Assembly: GCF_006345805.1 (NCBI RefSeq)
Contig: NC_043010.1
Location: 47,926,001 to 47,990,000, forward strand
Direction of reading: 5' to 3'
Origin: Octopus sinensis
Taxonomy: Eukaryota
Length of the DNA: 64,000 bases
The number at the start of each line of letters is the position of its first letter. The first letter of the stretch is position 1. The notes beneath the pieces were generated by a model that was given only the letters and a program-made list of their open reading frames with translations, searched no databases and was not told the origin of the DNA. This document shows, piece by piece, positions 1 to 12,223 of the stretch. Both the position numbers and the translations under genes were made by a program.

Positions 1-118
1 TTAAAAATAAGTGCTGGGATTGATTCATTTGGTTAAAACTTTACATGGTCATGCTCCAACATAATCATAAACCAAAGACTGAAACAAGTAAAAGATAAAA
101 AGAAAAGTACAAACGGAC

Positions 119-325
119 CGTATCACTTGTCAATCGAGGCAGGTACTTTTCTTTGTGAGCTGGAGAAGCATGACTTCGAAATACAGCATTGACAACCGTG
201 TTGTGTACATCCACCATAGCACTAACTGCTGGATCAACTTTAGCCAGTTCTTCTATCACCAGGTTAGCAACAAAGAATGATGAGCCAGTGCCACCATACA
301 TTGGATCAATATCTATTCCCATTAA
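119..325 (-). CDS. ACADSB: ACADSB internal coding exon (LMGIDIDPMYGGTGSSFFVANLVIEELAKVD...KEKYLPRLTSDT); gene continues beyond the left window edge
   Basis: Translation matches the acyl-CoA dehydrogenase N-terminal domain and human ACADSB as I recall it (GLMGIEVDPEYGGTGASF...VIEELAKVD). Acceptor ttttcAG at 326-327, donor GTccgt at 118-113; 207 nt, phase 0/0. Confidence 0.93.
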
Positions 326-2642
326 CTGAAAAGAAAAAAAAAATTGGTTTCAAATTTTAGCACAAGGCCAGAAAGTTCAGGAGTAGGGATAAACTGATTA
401 CATCAACCCCAGCTAGGTTTCTTTCTCTGACGTTTTCAATCTATACAAGTTAATGTGTGAAAAACAAAATAAGAATTTTGAAGACTGGGGCTTATTTTAT
501 TGACCCCGAAAAGATGAAAGGCAAAGTTGACCTTGACATCATTTGAACTCAGATCTCAGAACATAAAGATGGACGAAATACTGCTAAGCATTTTTCCCGA
601 TGCAGTAATAATTCTGCCAGTTTGCCACCTTAGAAAAAATATTGCAGGTGTGACTGTGTGGTAAGAAGCTTGCTTCCCTGCCATGTGGTTCTGGGTTCAG
701 TCCCACTGCAAGGCACCTAGGGCAAGTGTCTTCTATTACAGCCTCGGGTCAACCAAGGCTTTGTGAATGGATTTGGTAGATGGAAACTAGATTCATAGGA
801 CTTGACATTTTTTCATCTTTTTGAGATGTTGCAGTTTCAATTACCAAACAGTTTATTTAAGGTGCTGACAGTCCCATTCTTTAAGTTTCAGATGCTCTGT
901 GACAATGAGGTGAATTTCTTCTATTTCTGAAGATGGGGATATGTTGTGTGGGCCAGTTCTTGAATGCATTTTCTATAAGCCAATATAATTTCTCTGTATA
1001 TCATCTTCAGATAACATCTTAGTTAGGTACACAAGTACCTTTGAAAATTAATTGTTGCCATGCAGATAGATATCGTGTTACTGTAGTAGCACTCTGGTGG
1101 TGGATTTCGACTTGTTCTTTGCAATGCAGTTAGCCTATCTACTTTAAGCTATAAGTGAGGTCTAAAAATGTCAAGTCCTTTAGAGTTATAATACAGTTAA
1201 ACATTCTACTGTCATTTATCTTGTACTGAATTGCTAGTGATTGTGATTCCTTATAAATTTTGTTATGTGATTGCTTTTTATTAGTATGCTTTTGTTATAT
1301 TGCAACCACATGTTTTTAGGTTCAATCCCATTGGGCAGGTGTTTTCCATTTTAGCTCCGGGTTGACTAATACCTTGTGAGTGAATCTGGTAGACAGAAAC
1401 TGGGGAAGCCTGTCATTTACATGTGTGTGTGAGTGTCTTTGTGTTTGTCACACACCATTACTACTTGGTTGGTGTTGGTTTGTTTACATCCCCGTAACTT
1501 AGCAGTTTGGCAAAAGATAGCGATAGAGTAAAGTACTAGACTTAAAAATAAGTATTGGGGTCAATTTGTTCAACTAACCCTTTCATGTAATGCTCCAGCA
1601 AGGCCATAGTTCAATGACTGAAACAAGTAAAGGTTGTTTGAGGTACCACATTTCATCCCTTGACAGTAAATATGTAGATATAACCTAAGTCTCTTACAAG
1701 TTTTTACATCTGCAATTAGATTTTGGAAGTTGTCTGTATACTTTCAAAATCTTACCATTTTATTATGTTGATGAAGAGTAACTGTGATTTACATATTTAT
1801 TTCCATTAAATCAAATTCATCCTTTTATAATTCCCAAGTGTTTACTTGGAGGGGAACGTGTTTAATTATGATTTCTGCAACATTAAGCATGAAGGAAATG
1901 AAGTTTCTTATGGACAGGATATTAATCTAACACAAATATAGGCTTAATTATTTACCAGCAAGACTGTTTAAGCCACAGGCAAAGAAAGACAACATAAAAC
2001 CTGTAGTAAGATGTTAACTCACAACTCATTAGCTGGTAATATATGAAAAGCTCCTTCCATTTAACAATTAGTTGTATGCTTATTTATTTTCCCTACAAAT
2101 GAAAAACAGATGGGAACAGAATCCTCATCCTCTTCAAGCATTTGGTCCTCATACAGAAATCCAGTAGGTTAATCTATGGTTTACTGATTTTCAGCTACTT
2201 ATGCTGAACACATAGGTTGCAAGCCCCTGTATCACAAGACTACAAGCAGCATAGTGTTGAGTGTGGCAGAAGTATGTAAACTAGAGAGACAGAAAAGCAA
2301 CTATCAGATAGTGTTGTTTTAAATATAGAATAGTTACAGACTCTTCTTTTACAGACTCCAATCATTATACTATAATCATAGTGGAATACAGTCTTTGAAA
2401 TACATAAATGAAGGCATGTAATTGTTCATATGCACAGCACCATTTTAATTCGAATAGATGAGTACCTTAATCACTGTTCTCTTACAAGGTACATGTTCAC
2501 CATGGGATCTATCATGATAGTGCACACATTCTGATGAGCAGGCTAACATTTTGGTATAAGCAGTCCACTGTGTTGCTGGCTGTCATAGTCACCAGGCCCA
2601 GTGCAAGTGCACTCTCTCTCTCTCTCTCCCACTCTATATATA

Positions 2643-2689
<47 letters not shown>

Positions 2690-2946
2690 TTTGAGAGAAT
2701 ATTATTCCTAACTTACAGGGAAAAATTCAATTTAGAAATACTAAATCAAATTTCACAAAATATAATATAGTTGGTGTAATTTAATTGTTCATTTTCAATT
2801 GATAAAAGGTTGTTTTCCTAATTTATATATATATATATAGCACATAAATCTTCACTATCTAAGCTTTGTGTCAACTCTATATGCTTAGAAGTGGTTTTGA
2901 AATCAAAGTTCCCTTTAAATTTTTACTTCTTTATTATGACACTTAC

Positions 2947-3047
2947 TCCATTTTCAAACATGGCATCAATGACTGACTGGTCCATTCTGCTATTTTCATC
3001 CATTTCTTTCACAAGTGGTTGAATCACTTCAATAGCCAACCGACCAA
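2947..3047 (-). CDS. ACADSB: ACADSB coding exon ((V)GRLAIEVIQPLVKEMDENSRMDQSVIDAMFENG); not in the ORF track
   Basis: Read by hand: acceptor tttctttgtgcAG (3048-3049), donor GTAAGT (2946-2941), 101 nt. The phase 1 start joins G from the upstream exon (GTT=V) and the phase 0 end joins the 119-325 exon. Homologous to human [34 protein letters not shown]. Confidence 0.93.
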
Positions 3048-4012
3048 CTGCACAAAGAAACAATATACATTTATGTAGTGTGTGAATATATACTTATATG
3101 TATATCATCAACATCATCATTTGAACATCAATTTCTCTAGCCTTGTATGGATGGGTTAGATGTGTTTCTTCTATAGTGTATTGCTAATTGTTTAAGCCTT
3201 ATATCATGTCAGTGTTCTGAAAGTTAACCTTATGACAAATCTAGCCTTCAACCAACAACACTTTCTGAAACACTACCTACTATCCATTTGATTTGTATAC
3301 ACATATATCCAATGAATTTTTTTATTTAATGTTTACTGTTTCTGTGTATTTCAGACTGGCCCAGGCAATTTTGTATTGGAAATGACACGAGTGCGTGGCA
3401 TAGACATATCATAAAAATGAATGGTGAAACACATGTAGTGATGTCATTCTTCAGTGTGCGTGTGCAGGGCTGGAACCTTCTGGAAAGGCCTAAGGAAGTT
3501 CCCTCATGCACATGCGCTAAAAACTGGGTGAAAAAATTCTATCGCATTCCTTGTCAGCGTCGGTGACTTGAGACATGGCTATTGAAGAGAGAAGACGTGT
3601 TTAACGTGTTATCAGCCTATGCTCCTGTCCCAGACGCTTGGGATTTGACTGGCTCTGTTGCTGCTGGACTTTTTGTGAGGTTTATCTTTACAAATGTTTA
3701 ACTTCAGTTTTGCTGTATCTACACCAAGTGGTTTCCAGTTTACCAACGTGCCTTCTTTATGTAAATAACGAAATAAAGTGTAATATTTTCTAAGGTTGCT
3801 TTCTTGTTCCTGACGCCGGTAGTTTTTGGAAACAAAGAAGGAAATTGTGTTGCACCCAAACAGTGCAAAAGACACAACCTGTTCCAGACGGTTCCTTTAC
3901 ACACACATCTGTCACTCTCACAGTTGCTTCCATCACTTTCCTATACTCTCTTTTAGTCACACTCTCTCATACATATACCATATGTTAAAATTAGTTGTAG
4001 GATGATATCTAC

Positions 4013-4238
4013 CTGTGTCCCGCATCATTTCTTCCTCTTCTGATAATTTGTTCAGAGGCAGATGCTTATCCACTGTGGCGGAATGAAGATCTGCAGCTGG
4101 AGTAGACATCTTTCTTGAAGGAGTGACATGTTGTGCAGAAAATGGTAATGCTAGCCCTTTTCTAACAGCAGTGGATGACCACATTCTGCAGACATTTTGA
4201 GGCTTGATATTTTTCCAGAGAGCAGGACAAAGGGCCAA
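4013..4238 (-). CDS. ACADSB: ACADSB N-terminal exon (mitochondrial-targeting-like region ...MWSSTAVRKGLALPF...PLNKLSEEEEMMRDT); possible start ATG at 4184
   Basis: Acceptor tttattttacAG (4239-4240), donor GTagat (4012-4007), 226 nt ending in phase 1. PLNKLSEEEEMMRDTV aligns with human PLQTFTDEEMMIKSSV. The N-terminal segment is basic and has no acidic residue until D32. Confidence 0.85.
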
Positions 4239-7213
4239 CTGTAAAATAAATTTAAAAAATAAACAAACAATAACAACAACAATAATAATGGTTTCAGATT
4301 TTGCCACAAAGGCAGCAATTTGTGGGGATGGGATGAGTCTATTACAATGACCCCTGTCTTCAACTGGTACTTATTTTATTGACCCTGAAAGGATGAAAGG
4401 AAAAGTCGACCTTGGCAGAATTTGAACTCAGAATGTAGCAACGGGTGAAATACTGCTAAGCATTTCGTCCAGCATGCTAATGATTCTGCCAGCTTGCTGC
4501 CTTAAATAATAACAACAACAACAACAACTGAAAAAAGTATAATAATTCATTTTGATAAAATTATTAGGATTAACATCCACTTTTCCATGCTTGCATGTGT
4601 CAGATTTTCTATGGCCAGATGTCTTTCCTTTTGCCAAACCTTACCTGTCCTTCTTAACGTTGTCAACATCATCTCTCTACGTACACAGCTCAGCAAGCAA
4701 CTCATCCAGGTTCCAACACTTCACTGTTCATGAATTACTTCACCACAGATCAACAGAGAATATTCAACCTGCATGAACTCCTGTATCAAGGCAGCAGCAT
4801 CACAGCCTTGACTTCACGTACAAGATGTACCTGTAACCAGATCAGTATCATGGCCACGACTTCTTGATTCAGTATTTCAACTACCCTGTACTCTTGACTA
4901 CGAACTGGTATTCATCTTTCTTGTATCTATGACCTTACTTCTCACTTCAATGGCTACAGACACTTTCACTGTCTCCTTATCGCCAGCCTTAAATGTACTT
5001 AAAACACATGCATATATCTATGCTTATGCACACACATACATTTTGTTCTCATGACAGCCTGTCTATTATTCTGTATACATGACACACACACAGACACATG
5101 TTAACATCAATAAATATTCTCTTAATCATTCTTCTGCAGTTGTGTCTCTTTTCCATCTGCCAACTAAATGGTTCTATCAATTTTCTCTTTATTGTAAGGG
5201 CTGTGTGATGTGGTATTAAAGAGCTATTCTTGTACCTCACATCACACAGCACCTTCACAATATTTTTGGGGGTGCACGCAAGCAAAACAGTAAATTGGGG
5301 ATCCATAGTAGTTCATTAAGGGTCTATGAACAAATTTTGCTTTAGACATATTTATTGCAAGAAACGGCTAGGCTTTACGCAGATCAACCTATACAAGTTA
5401 ATGTGTGAAAAACAAAATAGGAATTTTGAAGAAGCATCTATAAAGCTAGTTTTTAAACCTCGAATGGCTATGGGGGTCCATCAGAATAAAATAGTAATCA
5501 AGGTGGTCCACAGCTAAAAAAAAATGATTAAGAATCCTTGATCTAAACTCTTGTTACACATCTGTAAATTCTTATATCATTCCTGTAGTGCCTCAAACTT
5601 TCAACCTTATACTGAACATGTTCAATTCTTTCACCTGATAACTCTATAACTGCATGTTCTTTGACCACTAACCTCTAACAAACACTGAACATGAAATGCT
5701 ATAACCTTCACTTTGTTTTTATCTCTATTACCTGTCATTCTATTATTAAAATTTATAAACTGGCAGCCAGCTGGCAGAATCATTAGCACCCTGGACAAAA
5801 TGCTTAACGGCATTTCTTCTGATTTTACGTTCTGAGTTCAAATTCCACCAAGGTCAATTTAGCCTTTTATACATTCAGGGTCAATAAAATAAGTGCTAAA
5901 CAAGTACAGGGGCCAATGTAATCAACTAACCCCCTGTTCCGAATATGCAAAAAAAACACGTTTTCAAAACTTTTGATCCCTCACTCCCCAGTTTTTAATT
6001 TTTAACTTTTTTCGAAAATTTTGTTTTCAATCTACGTGGAAAAATACGGAGATTAAGAATGTAGGGGGAAAAAAATTTTAATTTCAAATTTTTTATGAAA
6101 AACGTCAAAATTGAGCCACATCCAGCTGTTTAAAAGTGAAAATGAACGGCTGTTTAGTCTGTTTCCGCAGACGTAGATTTATAGAGAAACAGCAAAAAGA
6201 CCACGGCATGTGAAACCCTCACCACGAAACTTGATATGCTAAAAATAACAGCTAAATGTCTGGAGAATTTTTGTGCCTGTGTTTGTGCGCGCGCGCAAGT
6301 TTCTACAGCTTATCCGAATGAACAGAGAATGAATTACACAAAATACCTGTCGTATATGTCAGTTTCGTTTTTTTTTTTTGATTTTTTTTTCGCTCTAAAG
6401 GTCAGTTTAGTGGGGGGGGGGGGTGAATGTCCTCCAGTTGCACCGAAAAAAAATTCTCGTTTATATCATGCTTTTTGTTTTTTGAAAGGCCTCTTTTGTA
6501 CAAATTTCGTCCCAACTCAATTGTCGTGTACCCAATAACTATTCTTGTTCCCCGTTTAGAAACGTCTGTAGCAGACAGTATTGGCGAATCTATTTATTAT
6601 TATGTTTCCTACTAGATAAGATCAAGTTTACTTGGTAGCGAAGGTTGCTTGTTTCTATGTAAGGAACACTAACCGGTGCAGAGAATTGTAAATATTATAT
6701 TAAGAACGTAAACAAGTCGAACAGAACACATTCTACTACGTAGTCAGAAGGTCAATGTGTGCTGGGGTAGTATAATTATGTAATGTTATGGTTAGGTTTT
6801 CATCTTAAAAACACAAAATGCAGGTGTGCGTGTTAATCTTTAGTCAGATTGTATGTAGTTGCTCGTTATTTATTCTCTAAATTAGATAACATTGTATTTA
6901 TTCCGAACAAGGTGTAGCAACAATAAAAAAAAAGGCTTCTTAGAAACTTGTGGTTTACATAATCAGATCTTACTGGCAAACACAACACAAGTTCGCAAAA
7001 ATTTTCTGATAACTCCGTAAAATAGATTCCGCCAATAACAAAATAAACAAGTTATACACGTATTTCATTAGCTTCATACGTATTTATAAGTTGTAGAAAT
7101 GAATATCCCAACCACATCATAAGAAATATTGTTGAACAGACACTTTCAAATCTCTTTGAATTATATATGAAAAAAAAACCTATGGAAGAACTACAGGTAC
7201 GTTGTAGACATAC

Positions 7214-7326
7214 GTTTCCCACTTGATGATCAAAGACATTGAGTTCGACAGTATAATTGATATTTAGCTCTCGATTAGACTTATAATCAAATGCATTGCA
7301 GCGAAGCACTTCCTAATTTTTCCGGG
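7214..7326 (-). promoter_or_regulatory. ACADSB: Candidate ACADSB first exon / TSS region with ETS-like motifs
   Basis: Donor AAC|GTATGT at 7213-7208. Minus-strand AGGAAGTG and CCGGAA motifs at ~7307-7326, and local CpG retention. Phase does not match the next exon if ATG 7239 is used, so this may be a UTR exon. Confidence 0.35.
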
Positions 7327-8339
7327 TTACATTGTCCATTGCACCCTTCTTAGTAAAAGACGAAAGGGTTTCAGGGGAAGTCTTGACCGGTTTGATCTTA
7401 GAGTAATTTTGCTGCTATTTCTAATGTGTCGGGCGACAGCATAAATACTCATGCGTTGATTCATACAACAGAAGAAATAGATATTGAAGACTAACTGTTA
7501 AAACAAAATAATTTACCGATAATTGCTATTCCAACAAAATAAGTTACTCATAGTATAACTGATTTTGTTTTAAGAAACAAGTAAAAATTTACATTACAGT
7601 GATGCTTGACAGTCTGATAAGGAAAATCTTCCCCTTATCAGGCTGTTAAGCATCATTGTAAATACATATATCACGTTTTCATTCTCAAATTAATTAAGAA
7701 CTCAACAGAGATAAGAGGAAAGGTAAGAATTTCAGGCTATTATAATATAACACGTGGGATAAACTAATTGTTTACATTTTCAATTCGGAAATTAATGTGC
7801 CTTTTGTTTTTACTTCCCTTCAATAATATCTGTAGGTTAATAAAATAAAAGCAATATGCGCTTATATTTAAGTAGTTTAGCTATAATTATGAGCAGAACA
7901 TACCTTGCCGAAGTAAAACATCGCCATTTCACACTGTTTTTGTCGGTTGTACAGAATAGTGGAATATTATCAACGAACACGTTACTATTGAAAACTCGTA
8001 TTCTATAATTCTGTCTGAATGAGAATGTGAAACAGCAGGAATCCACTTGCGTCAGTTGATAGAGGTAAGGCAGCTGTTTATTATTTTTTTTAATACTTTA
8101 TAACATATATATATATATATATTTTTATATGCATATATATATATTTATATGTATATATATATATATATATTATATGTATATATATATATTTATATGTATA
8201 TATAATATATATATATATGTATATATAATATATATATATATATATATATGTATATAATATATATATATATATGTATATATTATATATATATATATATGTA
8301 TATTATATATATATATATAGATGTATATATATATATATG

Positions 8340-8377
<38 letters not shown>

Positions 8378-8454
8378 TATATATATGTATATATATATAA
8401 TATATGTATATATATATATATATTATATATATATATGAGAGAGAGAGAGAGACT

Positions 8455-9060
8455 TTGTGTGTAATTCCAAGAGGCACTAAAGCAGACGAGTTAATAGCTT
8501 GCTATAAATCATCTTATTTGTGGAGACAGGTAACATGAATGAGCCTAACCAAGACTGTAAGAGCTATAGCTTTGGATGATTATTTGACTGAAGAATTTGC
8601 TCAAATTTTACTGGAACTCACAGAAGTTAGGGTACCCCTTGATAAATATAATTGTTCAGATACATCTCTAATTAGTACATTAGCTTCATCATTAAAATAG
8701 AATTTTCAGAACCAACAGCAAAACCGTACATACATACATGGAAAGGCAATATAGATCCCTCAAAATAGATATCAATATAAACAATAAGCTATTGGATTGC
8801 ATTTCAGGAAATGCACAGATTTTAAAATCTGTTGATTCAATTCGAAATGCAGCAGAGGCTGTCGACAATTCTGTTGAATTCTCAAACTCCCTGGAACATC
8901 CTGGATTTCCAGCACACAAACTTCTATTAAAAGTAGGAACCATCACCATACTACTATGGAATCATGATCATCTTTGGGTGTGTAAGGAGACTGAACAGGG
9001 GGTTAAAGAATTAAAGTCTCATATTATTCAGGTTGCTGTTTTGATTGGTTGTTCGACAGG
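8455..9060 (+). mobile_element. Helitron Rep/helicase (PIF1-like) pseudogene fragment
   Basis: Broken frames read VIPRGTKADELIACYKSSYLWRQV and INNKLL...KSVDS...EFSNSLEHPGFPAHKLLLKVG...LLWN, typical of PIF1-family Helitron helicases. Contains stops and frameshifts. Confidence 0.8.
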
Positions 9061-9097
9061 AGTATATGGTTTTTACATCCAAAAGGCATACTTCAAC

Positions 9098-9648
9098 ATG
9101 TGTGCTTCCACTGAATTTGTTTCCTCATAACTTTCAGAAAAAATGTGTTTTTTTTTGTAATGAAATGTTCTACAAATACCTTTCAGAGTATGTAGATTAC
9201 GATTATATTGGAATTTAATATGAAAAAGAAAATTGGTAAGCCCACACACATACATAATAACACACATCATATACATCTACAAATTGAAACATGAAATTTT
9301 GAAAAAAATTGTGATGTGTGTCAGTATGTATGTGGATGAGCCCACCAATTTTTTTCTCATTTTTTTTCATATTAAATAATCATATAATCATAATTTATAC
9401 ACTCTGAAAGGTATTTGTAGTAGGTTTTTTAAAAAATACCCATTTTTCCAAAAGTTAGGAGGAAACAAAGCTGCTTTATATGGTTTTTCCGAAACTCTTC
9501 ACCTCACCCTCGGAAAAATTTTTTCAATACAAATTCTGATGTAATCGGAATCTACACCGTCTGAAGTGTATTTCTAGAAAATTTCATTGAAAAATATCCA
9601 TTTTTCTGAAAGTTAAGTTATGAGGAAACAAATTTGGGTGGCACACAT
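9098..9648. mobile_element. Foldback/MITE-like DNA element with long imperfect inverted repeats
   Basis: Left end ATGTGTGC..AATTTGTTTCCTCATAACTTTCAG mirrors right end CTGAAAG..AGTTATGAGGAAACAAATTT..GCACACAT. Internal CTACAAATACCTTTCAGAGT (~9164) recurs inverted at ~9400-9420. Confidence 0.55.
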
Positions 9649-9656
9649 TTGGAGGT

Positions 9657-11083
9657 ATCATCATCATCATCATCATCGTTTAACGTCCGTTTTCCATGCT
9701 GGCATGGGTTGGACGGTTTCACTGAGGACTGGCAAGCCAGTAAGCTGCACCAATCTGATCTGGCAAGGTTTCTACAGCTGAATGCCCTTCCTAACACCAA
9801 CCACTCCAAGAGTGTAGTGAGTGCTTTTTACATGTCACCGGCACAGGAACCAGTCAGGTGGCATTGGCATCGACCATGTTTGGATGATGCTTTTTACGTG
9901 CCTCTGGCACAAGGGTCACTGGCTTTGACTACATTTGGAAGATGCTTTTTACATACCGCTGGTACAGGGAGTCAGTCATGCAGCACTGACATTAACCCAC
10001 GCTTGAATGGTGCTTATAACGTGTCACCAGCATGGTTTCCAGTCAGGCGGCACTGGCATCAGCCATGACTATGATTTCAATTTCGATTTCACTTGACTCA
10101 ACAGGTCTTCTCAAGCAGTGTGTCACCTGGCAATTTAAGGGTACTTTTCAATGGGCTGGTTATGTGACACAGGTATTGGCCACAGCTGCGATCTCACTTT
10201 ACTTGCTGGGTCTTCTCAATCACAACATATCTCCAAAGGTATTGGTCTTTTGTTGTCTCTGTGAGGCCCAACATTCAAAGGTCATGCTTCACCACCTCAT
10301 CCCAAGTCTTCCTGGGTCCACCTCTTCCACAGGTACCTTCCACTGTTAGGGTATGACACTTCTTCTCACAGCTGTCCTCATCTATATGCAGCACATGACC
10401 ATACCAGTGCAGTCACCTCTCTTGCACACCATATCTGATGTTTCTTATGTCCATCTTTTCTCTCAGAGCACTTACAGTCTCTTGTGCATGCGCACTGACA
10501 TCATAAATCCAGCGGATCATACTAGCTTCATTTGTTTCAAGCCTACGCATGTCCTCAGCAGTCATGGCCCATGTTTCACTGCCATGTAGCATGGCTGTTC
10601 GCACACATGCATCATACAGTCTACCTTTTACTCTGAATGAAAGGCTCTTTGTTACCAGCAGAGGTAGGAGCTTTCTAAACTTTGCCCAGGCTATTCTTTT
10701 TCTAGCAGCTATGCTCCCCAAGCATCCGCCTCCACTACAGACTTGGTCACCTAGGTAACAGAAGCTATCAACTACTTCTAGTGTTTCCCCCTGGCATGTG
10801 ATGGAATCTGTTTTCTGTACATTTTTGGTGTTTATTGCCCCTGTGCATCTGCCACACACAAAAACTATCTTCCCAGTTAGCCTTCCTTTGATATTGCTGC
10901 TCCTCTTATGTGTCCATAGCTTACACTGAGTACATCTTATGGAGTTTTTACCTACGCCTTTTCTACAGATCAAGCAGAGCCATCTACCTGAAGGGGTTTG
11001 TGATTTATCTGATCAAACAGAGCCATTTGTCACAGATGTATTGAAAGACTACAGTTTTCAGATAAAATTCACCAAAGCTTACA
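9657..11083 (-). mobile_element. 5'-truncated RTE-clade LINE (C-terminal RT region + 3' UTR + (GAT)n tail)
   Basis: ORF 10413-10973 has EVVDSFCYLGD...IAWAKFRKLLPLL...KGRLYDACVRTAMLHGSETW, typical of the RTE RT C-terminus. (TCA)n tail on the plus strand at 9657-9677. Confidence 0.88.
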
Positions 11084-11091
11084 TATATATA

Positions 11092-11265
11092 TCTATGGCT
11101 GGATGCCCTTCCTGGTTGGCATTAGGAAGGGCATCCAGCCATAGAAATACTGCCAGATCTGACTGGGCCTGATGAAGCCTTCCGGCTTCACAGACCCCAG
11201 TTGAACCGTCCAACCCATGCTAGCATGGAAAACGGACGCTAAATGATGATGATGATGATGATGAT
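11092..11265 (+). mobile_element. RTE 3'-tail fragment with (GAT)n end
   Basis: Reverse-complement homology to 9657-9800; ends AACGGACGCTAAATGATGATGATG. Other copies lie at ~18700-18975, 19010-19180, 23850-24200, 35090-35440, 44190-44410, 55600-55805 and 56440-56930. Confidence 0.8.
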
Positions 11266-11873
11266 ATATATCAATCCTGACCTGGTTTTTTTCTCTCTCC
11301 ATTTTTTTACCTCTTATCCCTTTCGGTCAAAGAACATGGGCTCAAAATGTCAAAGACTTTTCCATTTTTCCTGAGCATCAAACTAAAAGACCTGCTTGTT
11401 GTTCCCATCTACCAAATCCACTCAGAAGGCTATAGTAGAAAATACCCAAGGTGTTGGGCAGTGGGACTGAACCCAAAACCATGTGATTGGGAAGCAAACT
11501 TCTCACTGCACAGCCACACCTACATTGTGTGTGTAGAAATATTGATAACGATGTTTGTTTTGCTATACCTGTATAGATGAATAAGTCTTCTCAATCATTA
11601 CACGTCATCATTCATTATGATCTTTTGTCATCTCTTTCATGAGACTCAGCATCTTGAAATCAATTTTCACTTTTTCATCCCATATTTCCTAGGCCTTTCT
11701 CTTTCACAGCACCCATTCACATAAAGTGCCCTGCAATGATTTATACAACTGTTAACCTCCATACCCATCACCAGTACTGTCTTCTCTCTTGTACACTACA
11801 TTTTCGTTTTTATATATTAGTCAGTATGGAACATAGTACCTCTGACCTTTTACAGAGTTCCTGAAGCTGATGG

Positions 11874-11908
<35 letters not shown>

Positions 11909-12223
11909 TGTGTATTCAAACTGGAGGCCTAGCTGAAATGCTTATAATAAAGTGGGCTCTATTAAAGGCATAAGAAGCACTACATGATGGTGATGTTAAA
12001 CCAGGTAACAAATTAAGTGTCTGACCCAAGTGTACTTTGGCAATATTCGAACCTAGCAAACAAAAAATGGGAATAAATAGCATGAGACATTCTATCCAAC
12101 ATTTTATAACTCTGCACCAATTTGTGACAGGGAGAGAATTGGCCGTGTCATTAGAATTTTCAATGACTGTATGGAGAATGCTGAAGTAACTCTATGAAGA
12201 ATGTTGGAATGACTCTACAAAGA

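Noticed and set aside
113-118. Non-consensus donors GTCCGT (ACADSB) and GTCTGT (CACUL1, 23251) as possible minor-spliceosome introns
   Set aside because: They do not match the U12 donor consensus (RTATCCTT); they are simply weak U2 donors supported by phase and homology.
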